DNA of 52,763 nucleotides from Candidatus Termititenax persephonae (GTDB lineage Bacteria; Margulisbacteria; Termititenacia; Termititenacales; Termititenacaceae): NCBI GenBank assembly GCA_003864475.1, contig BGZO01000005.1, positions 1 to 52,763 of the forward strand, read 5' to 3'. Shown piece by piece: positions 37,175 to 46,536 of this stretch (position 1 is its first letter; each line of letters starts with the position of its first letter). The notes under the pieces were generated by a model. It saw only the letters and a program-made list of their open reading frames with translations, ran no database searches and was not told where the DNA came from. The position numbers and the translations under genes were made by a program.

Positions 37175-37897
37175 TTAGTTTTTCAGCTCAACCTGGACAG
37201 TCATTTTAAAACCATTGTTTACAAAACCTTTAATGCCAACCCAGATATCTTTCATACCGGAGATGTCATAAACTAATTCGTCGCCGGCATCGAGGCTTTG
37301 CTCAATGTAACTATCGTTAACGGTAAAGCCTTCCGGCTCCGGGAAAGCTCCCATTACAGGATTGTGATTGTAGGTGTTTTGGGGGTCATAAGGTCCTTCG
37401 TTCAAGCCAAAGCCCACAGCTTTGCCGCCCCAAATAAGTTTGTCTTTCCCTTCTATGGATGTTACCGTAACCACCAGTTTGGTATAGCCAGAGGGATTGA
37501 TTTTGCCGAGAAATACTCCCGAAGCTTCGCCCCTAGTACCGGAACCGTCAATAGTTAAAGTGTTGCCATTGACCGTATATTTGCCGGGACCCCAGACCAC
37601 TTCCGGTTTCTTCAGCAGCGCGACAGGTTTGCTGTCGGACTGCACGGCCTGTGTCGCCTGCACCGCATTGTTTTGCCCCAAGGCCACCCGGCGCAAATAG
37701 CTTTCCGCTTCCGACACGGAGCTGCCGTTGAATTTTTGCGCAGCCTCTTTGGACACTTCCTGGGCAGCGTTAAGCAATTCCTCATTTGTGTCTATGCTAC
37801 CGTTGTAGGCTTTGTCTCCATTGCCTGCATCCGCTCTGCGTAAAGCGCGCTGATATTGTGGTAACGCTTCTGAAATCTTTAATGAAAATCCGCTCAT
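37175..37897 (-). CDS. Hypothetical protein: EF-hand-like tag plus beta-sandwich (possible CBM)
   Basis: YQRALRRADAG...NGSIDTNEELLNA resembles the GH8/GH9 N-termini; beta-rich C-terminal half; SD AAGGAG. Confidence 0.7.
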   Translation of the reverse strand: MSGFSLKISEALPQYQRALRRADAGNGDKAYNGSIDTNEELLNAAQEVSKEAAQKFNGSSVSEAESYLRRVALGQNNAVQATQAVQSDSKPVALLKKPEVVWGPGKYTVNGNTLTIDGSGTRGEASGVFLGKINPSGYTKLVVTVTSIEGKDKLIWGGKAVGFGLNEGPYDPQNTYNHNPVMGAFPEPEGFTVNDSYIEQSLDAGDELVYDISGMKDIWVGIKGFVNNGFKMTVQVELKN

Positions 37898-37989
37898 AAT
37901 TTTTCTCCTTTACTGTTTTTATTTTTTTGAAATACAAAATACGATCAAGATGACAATTTAAAGAGGTCTACATAGGCAACACCTCCTTC

Positions 37990-38190
37990 TTAAGATTTAT
38001 CTATGAAATATTTGTCTATAAATTTTACGGGGGGGGGGGGGGGGGGGGTTTTTTTTTATTAACATTTTCTCTTTTTAAATTTCCACCATTTTGTATACCC
38101 TCTTTTTTAAAAATTATAATTTATTTTGTTTAATTTTTTTTTTTTTTTTTCTCTGGGGGGGGGGGTAATTGTTAAGTAATAATCATTCAT
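37990..38190 (-). other. Poly-C (poly-Pro) leader ORF upstream of the CBM-like/GH9 operon; tract region probably mis-assembled
   Basis: SD AGGAG, ATG38190 MNDYYLTITPPP; G tracts on + at 38029-38048 and 38155-38165. Confidence 0.5.
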
Positions 38191-38267
38191 TTTCAACTCC
38201 TACCATATTGTATACCCACTTTGTTAAAAATTATACATATATGTTGTCAAGATTTTTTCTTTATTTT

Positions 38268-40430
38268 TCAAATCCCATATTTTGCCTTAAATAAATTTAA
38301 CGCAAAGGCGATAAGGTTGCTGGTGAAGTAGTCGTCGGCATCAGTTGTAAAATGTCCAGCGGTATAATTCTCTTTTAATAATTTATAACATTTCAGGGCA
38401 TTGGCTTGATCGTCCCGCGCGCAAAATACAGCCAACGCAATGCCCATGCCAAACGGCGTGCTTTTGCTCTGCGCACCGCGGCGGTTATTCTCCGGCAAAG
38501 TGCCGTCTACATTGTAGGCGTTATATATCCAGTTGTTTTTGGCCAGTTCGTCTGCGAAAAATTTGCCGGCTTTGTCCAGCAGAGTTTTGGACTGTGCGTT
38601 GCCATTCTGCACATAATCATAGGCCGCCCAGGTGTAAAGCCGCAAAGCGTCCCAACTGCTCAAGTGCGTGTCCTGCGCTTCCCCGCTGGCAAAAGAGTCC
38701 CAAGTGCCGTAAGCGCTGGTTAAGCCCTCGACCGTGAAAGCGTTCCAGTCCGGCACTAAAACGCCGTTGCTGCGATACTCGCGTCCGCCGGGTTTGGCAT
38801 CGCGGTAAGGCACAGCGCGACTCAGCGCGGCATCCACATTTTTATAACTCTCGTTAAATAAGCGTCCCCAATCATGTGCGCGGTCAACCTTGCTGAATTC
38901 CGCCAGCGCAAAAGGCATAAAGTAAGAAAGATTAAAAACGTTGCTGCCCTTATTGTTGGCAGAGATGAACAGATGTTCGGCGGCAGGGGCGGCGACTGTT
39001 TTGCGGTTTAAGTGAATGTCGGTGATGGTCAATATCACGCCGGCTCGGTCGCTTTGCATAGCAAAGTTGTCGAGTGTAGCCTTGCCAGGGATGCGCACGG
39101 CTGGAGATTTGTAGTTCCAGTCGCCACTGGTGTGCCGCTCTTTGAACGCGCTGATTGGCACTATGTTTTCTCCGGGTTTTAAATTGTAATCGCAGGCGTA
39201 GTCCGGTTGGCCGCCTTTGCCCTGAAACATCAATTTTACAGCGCAGGCTTTCTCCGCCTGAATAGTTATGGATTGATAGGTGTCAGCGAAATCCGCCAGA
39301 GCCAGACTATGCACGCCGTAACTGCTGTAGGGTTGATGAAAGGAAATCGTGGTTTGGCCGTTCGCAAAACTGGCCGTGGCCGCCGGATTGGGTGTGCTGG
39401 CGTTCTTAATGTTGGTGTCCCAAACATGCTCATTTAATTTCAACGCCACTTCCGCGCCGCCAGTCCTGATCGACAGCACACAGCTTTGCCAAACATCATT
39501 TAGTATTTGCAAGGCCAGGCCTTTATAGTTTTTATTGCCGCTGGTGCTGCCCCATTTTTTGTCGGCCAGCAGTAAAGTGTAAGCAATCAGAATGTCCGCA
39601 TCCGGCGCGGCATCATATCCGTCAAACCAAACGCTGGGGTCATTGGGGTCCCATTGATATTGAAAAACTCCGGTGTGCTTGCCAAGCTGTTGGGAAAGCG
39701 CCGAACCTTGTCCGACATAACGCCAGGCGGCCAGATAATCACGCGCCTCCGCGTCAATATTTTCACGCTTGTTGATGGAATACACGCGGCGCAGGCTCGC
39801 GCTGTCATGATAAATATTGGCTCGCGCCCAATCCCAGACCTGATCAAAAGTTTGGCGGTCGTTGTTATTGATGGCCTGAAACATGACGTAAGAAACTGTT
39901 TCCGAAAAAGTATTATTGTCGTCGCCAAGTGGCCGACCCGTAGCCGCGTCAATCTTGGCAGTTTTGTAATGCGCCCAGATTTCGGGGATTGTTTTAGCTA
40001 TATCTTGGAGCAAGTCGGCAAAAGAAGTGATCTCCGTACGGCCAGAGGCCGCTGAGGCAACGCTGTCGATTTTTGGCGCAACGTCCGCTTGAGCAATATT
40101 TTTAGAGTTCATATTGTTTGTTCCGTAAACAAAATCTTGGAGCAAGTCTTCCTGTGTCCGATAATGCTTGGACAATTCGGCAACGGCAGCCTCGACTTCC
40201 GGCGCATCAATAATATCATTGAAAGCCGTATCTTTGTGGCTTTGGGTGTCCACGAATTGCCGCAAAATCCTCTGGTATTTCTGCGGTAGCTCGTCGATAG
40301 GCCGACCCTCTAAGATTAACTGCAAAGCTTGTTTTATTTCCTGCTCGGAATCAATCTCGCCGCTAAAATCCGCGTCCGCGCGGCGCAACTCTCGGGCATA
40401 AAACTTGGCGTTGTCAATATTTATAGTCAT
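38268..40430 (-). CDS. GH8 glycoside hydrolase with inserted CBM-like domain and N-terminal EF-hand-like tag
   Basis: TFSETVSY...DRQTFDQVWDWARAN, AAPDADILIAYTLLLADKKWG, FNLSYFMP, LVPDW, SWDALR. Confidence 0.85.
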   Translation of the reverse strand: MTINIDNAKFYARELRRADADFSGEIDSEQEIKQALQLILEGRPIDELPQKYQRILRQFVDTQSHKDTAFNDIIDAPEVEAAVAELSKHYRTQEDLLQDFVYGTNNMNSKNIAQADVAPKIDSVASAASGRTEITSFADLLQDIAKTIPEIWAHYKTAKIDAATGRPLGDDNNTFSETVSYVMFQAINNNDRQTFDQVWDWARANIYHDSASLRRVYSINKRENIDAEARDYLAAWRYVGQGSALSQQLGKHTGVFQYQWDPNDPSVWFDGYDAAPDADILIAYTLLLADKKWGSTSGNKNYKGLALQILNDVWQSCVLSIRTGGAEVALKLNEHVWDTNIKNASTPNPAATASFANGQTTISFHQPYSSYGVHSLALADFADTYQSITIQAEKACAVKLMFQGKGGQPDYACDYNLKPGENIVPISAFKERHTSGDWNYKSPAVRIPGKATLDNFAMQSDRAGVILTITDIHLNRKTVAAPAAEHLFISANNKGSNVFNLSYFMPFALAEFSKVDRAHDWGRLFNESYKNVDAALSRAVPYRDAKPGGREYRSNGVLVPDWNAFTVEGLTSAYGTWDSFASGEAQDTHLSSWDALRLYTWAAYDYVQNGNAQSKTLLDKAGKFFADELAKNNWIYNAYNVDGTLPENNRRGAQSKSTPFGMGIALAVFCARDDQANALKCYKLLKENYTAGHFTTDADDYFTSNLIAFALNLFKAKYGI

Positions 40431-40449
40431 TCTTTCTCCTCATGTCATA

Positions 40450-40477
40450 TAATCGTAAGGAAAAAATTTCGGTTGCA
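40450..40477 (-). promoter_or_regulatory. sigma28-like promoter motif
   Basis: Minus strand TGCAA-N17-CGATTA directly upstream of the GH8 SD. Confidence 0.5.
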
Positions 40478-40491
40478 TTTATTTTTACTGT

Positions 40492-41040
40492 TTAGAAAAA
40501 GCAGTCTAAAGGCAAATCTTTTAACCGCGGATTTTGTCGGTCTTTGGCCGAGACCAGCGGCGCGGCAACTGGCCAGTCGATTTTTAAGTCCGGGTCATTC
40601 CAGAAAATGCCGACCTCGGCCTGCGGCGCGTAATAAGCGTCGCATTTGTACTGGAACTCCGCGCTGTCCGACAGTACGGCGAAACCATGGGCAAAACCCC
40701 GGGGTATAAAAAACTGTTTTTTGTTTTCCGCCGAGAGCGTAACGCCCAGCCATTGCTGAAAAGTCGGCGAGTCGCGCCGCAAATCGACAGCCACATCATA
40801 AACCTGCCCGAAAGTACAACGCACCAGCTTGGCCTGTGCCAGACTGCCTTTTTGAAAATGCAAGCCGCGCAGGGTGCCTTGCCGGGACTGAGAATGATTG
40901 TCCTGCACGAAGATATTGTCTAAACCTGCGGCGGCCAGAGCTTTTTGACTGTAGCTTTCATAAAAAAAACCGCGCTCGTCAGGGAAAACCTGGGGTTCGA
41001 TAATAAGCAGGCCGGGCAGCGCAGTTTTGATGATGTTCAT
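40492..41040 (-). CDS. rfbC: dTDP-4-dehydrorhamnose 3,5-epimerase
   Basis: FPDERGFFYESY, FVQDNHSQS, LRGLHFQ, DVAVDLR, GFAHGF, YKCD. Confidence 0.96.
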   Translation of the reverse strand: MNIIKTALPGLLIIEPQVFPDERGFFYESYSQKALAAAGLDNIFVQDNHSQSRQGTLRGLHFQKGSLAQAKLVRCTFGQVYDVAVDLRRDSPTFQQWLGVTLSAENKKQFFIPRGFAHGFAVLSDSAEFQYKCDAYYAPQAEVGIFWNDPDLKIDWPVAAPLVSAKDRQNPRLKDLPLDCFF

Positions 41041-42002
41041 AAGAATGCGCCCGTTTTCTCCCGCACGGCTTGGAGAGTTTTGGCTATTTCCGCGCGGGCT
41101 TTGTCCGTGCCTTTTTGTAAAATCTTTTGCACGGCATCGAGATTTTGGGACAGCTCGGCGCGCCGCTCACGGTACGGCCGGAAGTATTCCCAGAGCAGGG
41201 CGAAAGTTTCTTTTTTGGCCTCGCCGTAGCCGTAGCCGCCCGCGCGGTATTTTTGTGCCAGCGCCAGCTTTTGCTCCGCTGTGGCCAAGAGCGCGTAGAT
41301 TTTGAAGACATTGCAGGTTGCGGGATTTTTCGGCTGTTCCAGCGGTGTGGAGTCGGTAACGATATTCATTACTTGTTTGCGTAGGACTTTTTCTTCGCCG
41401 AAAATCTCAATGGTGTTGCCGTAAGATTTGGACATTTTTTGCCCGTCCGTGCCAGGCACGATGGCGACCCCTTCTTTAATCAGTGCGTCCGGCACTTGGA
41501 AAGTTTCGCCAAATTCATTGTTGAATTTTATGGCGATATCGCGGGTAACCTCGAGATGCTGTTTCTGGTCTTGGCCGACCGGCACGATGTCCGACTGCAC
41601 GGCCAAGATGTCCGCCGCCATGAGCAGCGGATAATTGAACAGCCCAGCGTTGGCGGGCAGTCCCTTGGCCAGCTTGTCCTTGTAGGAATGACAGCGCTCC
41701 AGCAAACCCACTGGCGTAATATTGCTAAGGTACCAAGCCAGTTCGTTAATCTCCGGGACGGTAGACTGCACCCAGAAAACGGCCTTGTCCGGGTCGATGC
41801 CCAGCGCCAAAAAATCTAACGCGGCTTGGAGCGTCTTGGCACGCAGGTCAGCTCCGCGGTTGAGCGAGGTCATGGCGTGCAGGTCGGCCAGAAAACAAAA
41901 CAATTCGTTTTGGGCCTGCAGTTCAATCATCTGCCGCATCATGCCGAGATAATTGCCGATGTGCAGAGTGCCGGACGGTTGTATTCCTGAGAGGACACGC
42001 AT
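41037..42002 (-). CDS. trpS: Tryptophan--tRNA ligase
   Basis: SGIQPSG-LHIGNY, YPLLMAADIL, VPVGQDQKQH, KMSKS. Confidence 0.97.
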   Translation of the reverse strand: MRVLSGIQPSGTLHIGNYLGMMRQMIELQAQNELFCFLADLHAMTSLNRGADLRAKTLQAALDFLALGIDPDKAVFWVQSTVPEINELAWYLSNITPVGLLERCHSYKDKLAKGLPANAGLFNYPLLMAADILAVQSDIVPVGQDQKQHLEVTRDIAIKFNNEFGETFQVPDALIKEGVAIVPGTDGQKMSKSYGNTIEIFGEEKVLRKQVMNIVTDSTPLEQPKNPATCNVFKIYALLATAEQKLALAQKYRAGGYGYGEAKKETFALLWEYFRPYRERRAELSQNLDAVQKILQKGTDKARAEIAKTLQAVREKTGAFL

Positions 42003-42031
42003 GTTGCCAAGATTATAACATAAAAAATCAA

Positions 42032-42059
42032 TTCAACTTTGGGGAGAAACTTACGAAAT
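42032..42059 (+). promoter_or_regulatory. sigma28-like promoter motif (weaker match)
   Basis: TTCAA-N17-CGAAAT upstream of a small secreted protein. Confidence 0.4.
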
Positions 42060-42082
42060 CCAAGTGAAGGGAGTTGATTTTT

Positions 42083-42352
42083 ATGAAAAAAATAATTTTA
42101 GGACTTTTGATTCTGGGAGCGGTGCTCAGTGCGGATAAGATTTATTTGACTGATGGACGGGAAGTATCCGGCGATTTGGCGATTCGCGCCAATAGTTTTG
42201 TGGTGCTGGGACAGGAGATTGATTTGGTTTGCCCGGAAAGCATAGTCGACGCGGTGGAAAAAGACGGCGTGAAATATACTCCGCGGCAGTATCTGAAGAT
42301 GCGCCTGCTGGACGAGACAACTGACCCGGCGGATGTTTGGTTCGCCGAATAA
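42083..42352 (+). CDS. Small secreted hypothetical protein
   Basis: Signal peptide MKKIILGLLILGAVLSA, then DKIYLTDGREVSG. Confidence 0.7.
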   Translation: MKKIILGLLILGAVLSADKIYLTDGREVSGDLAIRANSFVVLGQEIDLVCPESIVDAVEKDGVKYTPRQYLKMRLLDETTDPADVWFAE

Positions 42353-42381
42353 AACGCCGCTGGGCTTTTCAGGCCAAGAGT

Positions 42382-43188
42382 TTAGGGTTTGAGACTGAGC
42401 GAGTAATAGCCATTATTTTTCTCAACACGCAACGGCAAATGGAAAGTTTTGGACAGGAGGGAACTCCGTAAAATCTGATCTTTTTCTCCGTCGGCTAAAA
42501 TTCTGCCATTCTGGAGAATGATGACGCGTGTTATTTCCGGGATTATTTCTTCCAGCAAGTGCGTAACCATAATGATACTGCGGCCGTTCCGCGCCAAATG
42601 GCGGATATTTTGCAGGAACTGTGTGCGGGCTTTGATGTCCAGCGAGACGGTCGGCTCGTCGAGGACGATAATCTGCGGATTATTGATTAGGGCCCTGCCG
42701 ATGAGGAAGCGGCGCAACTCTCCGCTCGACAGGGAACCGACGGTCTGGGCGAGGAGTTTGCTCAAGCCTAATTCTTGGGCGATTTGCCGGGCTTGTTTTT
42801 TTTGTGCGCTGGAGATTTGCTGATTGGCGCGCAAACCGATACTGCCGAAAAGCCCGGACAAAATCAGGTGCAGTCCTGGGCAGTCGGGCTGACGCTGCTG
42901 CTGTTCCAGCAGGGCGGGGGAGATGACCGCCAGCCTGCTGCGCAGGCTGAATAAATCCCAGCGGGCTTGGCCGAAGAGACGGATGGCGGGCTGCGCACGG
43001 TGCAGCGGATAAATATCGCCGGAGAGCATTTTGAGCAGGGTGGATTTGCCTGCGCCATTGGGTCCTATGATGGCCACCTGCTCGCCCAGCCCTATTGCCA
43101 GCGAAAGGTTTTTGAGAATAGCCTGACCGCCGCGCACGACGGAAGCTTGGCGGAGTTGTAAGAACGGCGGCATGTTCAATCTTAACAT
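42382..43188 (-). CDS. ABC ATP-binding protein (ModF-like)
   Basis: GPNGAGKST, LSSGE, LDEPT, VTH; start approximate. Confidence 0.88.
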   Translation of the reverse strand: MLRLNMPPFLQLRQASVVRGGQAILKNLSLAIGLGEQVAIIGPNGAGKSTLLKMLSGDIYPLHRAQPAIRLFGQARWDLFSLRSRLAVISPALLEQQQRQPDCPGLHLILSGLFGSIGLRANQQISSAQKKQARQIAQELGLSKLLAQTVGSLSSGELRRFLIGRALINNPQIIVLDEPTVSLDIKARTQFLQNIRHLARNGRSIIMVTHLLEEIIPEITRVIILQNGRILADGEKDQILRSSLLSKTFHLPLRVEKNNGYYSLSLKP

Positions 43189-43253
43189 GGATAATCTGCG
43201 GCAATCCACGCCCCCAGTTTTGTGTTATAATTCCACGGCAAGAGGGGGGTAAA

Positions 43254-44231
43254 TTGACAGTTCCTGGCATTTTGCTGGCCGCGCTGATTATCAGCATTTT
43301 GCTCAATTTTCTGGGTCTCCAGATTTTGAAATATTTTCAATTAAAACAGACCGTGCGTGAGTGCGTTCCACAGAATCACCAGGCTAAGACCGGCACGCCG
43401 ATTATGGGCGGTCTGATAATTATCGCCGCGCTGGATATTTTAGCGGTTTTATTTTTGCCCCGGCTCAGCGGTCTGCCGCGCCTGACCAACGAAGTGATTA
43501 TCTTGCTGACGCTGTTCACGCTGACCGGGGTGATTGGTTTCTTGGACGATTGGCTGATTGTCGTGCGCGGCAAAAATAACGGGCTGAAGCCGCGCTACAA
43601 ATTGCTGGGGCAACTGATTATCGCGGCTTTGTTCTGCGCCTATCTGCTCAAAAATAATTTTCATCTTCTCGTTTCGCCCTTTTTGCATATTCTGGGTATG
43701 CACCAGCCCGTGCTGTATGTGCTGTTTTCTTCTTTCATTGTCGTGGGCGTGTCTAACGCTGTCAATCTGACCGACGGGCTGGACGGCTTGTCGGCGGGAG
43801 TGTCCATCATTGTCCTGCTGGCCTTGGCTTTTATCGCCCAATATAGTTTTCACAATAGTCAGTTAATGTACTTGGCTCTGCTGGCGGCGTTGGCGATTTT
43901 GGGTTTTCTCTTTTTTAATTACAATCCCGCGAAAATGTTCATGGGCGATGTTGGGTCTCTGTCGCTCGGCACGCTCTTGGCGGGTTTCGCCTTGCTCCTG
44001 CATGCTGAATTATACTTGGCCTTGGTGGGACTTGTTTTTGTCTGGGAAACACTTTCGGTAATTTTGCAAGTGGGTTATTTTCGCTTGACCAAGGGCGGAC
44101 GGCTTTTCAAGATGTCGCCCTTCCATCATCACTTGGAGTTGTGCGGCTGGTCGGAGAGAAAAATCGTCCACAGCGCCTGGCTGATAACGGCGGTTCTGGC
44201 ACTGGTGGCGATAATTTTTCGGATTAGATAA
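43254..44231 (+). CDS. mraY: Phospho-N-acetylmuramoyl-pentapeptide transferase
   Basis: KTGTPIMGG, IGFLDD, NAVNLTDGLDGL, FMGDVGS, PFHHHLE. Confidence 0.96.
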   Translation: MTVPGILLAALIISILLNFLGLQILKYFQLKQTVRECVPQNHQAKTGTPIMGGLIIIAALDILAVLFLPRLSGLPRLTNEVIILLTLFTLTGVIGFLDDWLIVVRGKNNGLKPRYKLLGQLIIAALFCAYLLKNNFHLLVSPFLHILGMHQPVLYVLFSSFIVVGVSNAVNLTDGLDGLSAGVSIIVLLALAFIAQYSFHNSQLMYLALLAALAILGFLFFNYNPAKMFMGDVGSLSLGTLLAGFALLLHAELYLALVGLVFVWETLSVILQVGYFRLTKGGRLFKMSPFHHHLELCGWSERKIVHSAWLITAVLALVAIIFRIR

Positions 44232-45350
44232 ATGCCAAAAGTCGCGGTGCTGGGCAAAGAAGGTAAGACGGGACAGGCGGTGCTGGCTAGATTGGCCAAG
44301 CCGGGCGCTTATCAATACGTGGAGGATTTGCGCGAGGCGGATTTGCTGGTGGTCTCGCCGGGGATTCCGCCGCAAAAATATCCGGCGGTCAAAATTCCGA
44401 TTATCAGCGAGATTGAGCTGGCTTACCGCCTCAATCCCTCGCCGATTATCGCGGTTACCGGCACCAACGGCAAGACGACCACCACGACTTTGCTTGCTTT
44501 ATTGCTTGATGTGCCTGCCGTCGGGAATATTGGTCGGCCCTATATCTCGGTGGAAAAAGAATATCCCTATCTGGCGGTAGAGGTGTCCAGTTATATGCTG
44601 GAAAACATTGTTTTTTTTCGCCCCAAAATCGCGGTAATTTTAAATCTGACGGCGGATCATTTGGAACGCCACGGCGATTTGGCTGGATACGCCGCCGCCA
44701 AGAAGAGAATACTGCTGAATCAAACGGCGGAGGATTATGTCGTCTACAATGCCAAGGATAAATATGTCTGTGCGCTGGTGCAGACGGCCTCGGCGCAAAA
44801 AGTGCCGTTCACCGCGCCGCAACGATTGCAGGAAAATTTTGCGGCGGCCCGCGCGGCGGCGCGGCTTTGCGGGCAGACCGACACGCGGATTGACAAGGTG
44901 TTTGCGGAGTTTACGGGCGTGGAACATCGCTTGGAAAAAGTCGGCGTGTACGGCGGCATCCGGGTCATCAATGATTCCAAAGGCACGAATGTTGACGCGA
45001 CGGTCGCTGCCTTGGAGTCCGAACCTCTCCAGGGGCATATTATTTTGCTGGCCGGGGGGCGCGACAAATTAACTGCGCTAGAGCCCTTGGCGGCGGCTTT
45101 GCGGGGGCGGGTCAAAAAATTGATTTTGCTGGGCGAAGCGCAGGCCAGGTTTTCCCGTGAATTAAAAGATTTTCCGCAGATTTTGGTCAAGGATTATGCC
45201 GAGGCGGTGCGGGAAAGTTTTCGGTTGGCGCGGAGCGGGGATTTGATTTTGCTGTCGCCGGCCTGCGCCTCGTGGGACATGTTCCAAGATTTTGCGGAGC
45301 GCGGCAGGTATTTCAAGGAACTGGTGCGGAAATATGCTCCGCAGGGTTGA
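44232..45350 (+). CDS. murD: UDP-MurNAc-L-Ala--D-Glu ligase (compact)
   Basis: VSPGIP, TGTNGKTTT, GNIG, EVSSY, DHLERH, EHRLE, NDSKGTN, LSPACASWDMF. Confidence 0.94.
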   Translation: MPKVAVLGKEGKTGQAVLARLAKPGAYQYVEDLREADLLVVSPGIPPQKYPAVKIPIISEIELAYRLNPSPIIAVTGTNGKTTTTTLLALLLDVPAVGNIGRPYISVEKEYPYLAVEVSSYMLENIVFFRPKIAVILNLTADHLERHGDLAGYAAAKKRILLNQTAEDYVVYNAKDKYVCALVQTASAQKVPFTAPQRLQENFAAARAAARLCGQTDTRIDKVFAEFTGVEHRLEKVGVYGGIRVINDSKGTNVDATVAALESEPLQGHIILLAGGRDKLTALEPLAAALRGRVKKLILLGEAQARFSRELKDFPQILVKDYAEAVRESFRLARSGDLILLSPACASWDMFQDFAERGRYFKELVRKYAPQG

Positions 45351-46419
45351 CGGCTACCTTTTGTGGCCGGCGGTCGCACTGCTGGCGGTCGGCGTGCTGA
45401 CGCTGTTTTCGGTTACGCCGATTTCCGGTGCGCAGTATTTTCAGAATGAATTTTATTTTGTCATCCGGCAGTCCGTGGCTCTGCTGATTGGTGGCGTGCT
45501 TTGCCTGCTGGCTTCGCGCTGGGATTATCGGAAACTGCGAAAGCTCGCGCCGTTTGGTCTCCTCTTGTCTGTTTTTCTGCTCCTGCTGACTTATCTCCCC
45601 GGCGTTGGCGTAATGGTCGGCGGGGCTTCGCGCTGGCTGGGCTATGGCTCGCTGAGTTTTCAGCCCTCGGAGCTGGCGAAGTTTTGCTTGATTTTGTATG
45701 TGGCCGCCGCCTTGACCAATAAAAAAAATGGCCTGCGCAGTTTTTGGCAGGACACTTTGCCTATCTTGACGGTTTGCGGCGCGGTAGTCTTGGCAATCTT
45801 GCGGCAGCCAGATTTGGGAACCAGCTTGGTGGTGCTGGCGACGATTTTGGCCATGCTCTTCGTGGGCGGCAGTAATTTTACGGATTTGCTGATTTTGGGT
45901 TTGCTGGGTTTTCGTGCGCTGGTCTATCTGGTTGCGCACACCCCGTATCAATGGCGGCGCTGGACGGCGTTTCTGGACCCCTTGGGCGACCGTTTTGGCG
46001 CGGGGTTCAACACGATTCAGTCCTTGATTGCGGTCGGCTCGGGCGGGCTGTTCGGCGTGGGCATGGGCAATAGCCGCCAAAAATTTGCCTACCTGCCCCA
46101 GCATTATACGGACTATATTTTTGCCATGATTTGCGAGGAGCGCGGTTTTATTTTAGCGGCGGCGGTCGTGCTGTTGTGGGCTTTTTTAGTTTTGCGCGGC
46201 ATCCGTTTGGCTTCGCGGGTCGCCGACCCTTTTGGCGCGTTTTTAGCCCTAGGCTTCTCGCTCTGTCTCGGCATCCAATCTCTGGTGCATATTTTGGTGG
46301 TGCTGGGCTGGATTCCTGCCACGGGCATCACTTTGCCGTTCATTTCTTACGGCGGCAGTTCGCTGGTTACTTCTCTGCTGATGTTGGGAATTATTCTGCG
46401 GATTTCGCGCGAGGAGTGA
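45334..46419 (+). CDS. ftsW: Peptidoglycan glycosyltransferase FtsW
   Basis: GASRW, FQPSELAK, QPDLGT, LPQHYTDYIF, GITLPFISYGGSS; follows murD. Confidence 0.93.
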   Translation: MLRRVDGYLLWPAVALLAVGVLTLFSVTPISGAQYFQNEFYFVIRQSVALLIGGVLCLLASRWDYRKLRKLAPFGLLLSVFLLLLTYLPGVGVMVGGASRWLGYGSLSFQPSELAKFCLILYVAAALTNKKNGLRSFWQDTLPILTVCGAVVLAILRQPDLGTSLVVLATILAMLFVGGSNFTDLLILGLLGFRALVYLVAHTPYQWRRWTAFLDPLGDRFGAGFNTIQSLIAVGSGGLFGVGMGNSRQKFAYLPQHYTDYIFAMICEERGFILAAAVVLLWAFLVLRGIRLASRVADPFGAFLALGFSLCLGIQSLVHILVVLGWIPATGITLPFISYGGSSLVTSLLMLGIILRISREE

Positions 46420-46536
46420 GCCAAGGCCAGATAAAAATCCGGCGGATAAATCATTGGCAAAAAAATGCGGGACGACCCCCTTGCCTAAAAAGCCCAAGCG
46501 GTGTACAACATTCTGGCGGGGCAAAGGGGTGTGGCG

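Noticed and set aside
38049-38154. T-rich degenerate copy of 38166-38268 between two G tracts
   Set aside because: Looks like a low-quality read tail after a long G run assembled as a false tandem duplication; differences are mostly homopolymer smearing. Not treated as biology until reads confirm it.
38171-38181. GTTAAGTAATA next to both long homopolymers (also 51601-51611)
   Set aside because: Opposite orientation relative to the leader ORFs and only 11 AT-rich bases; cannot be distinguished from coincidence.
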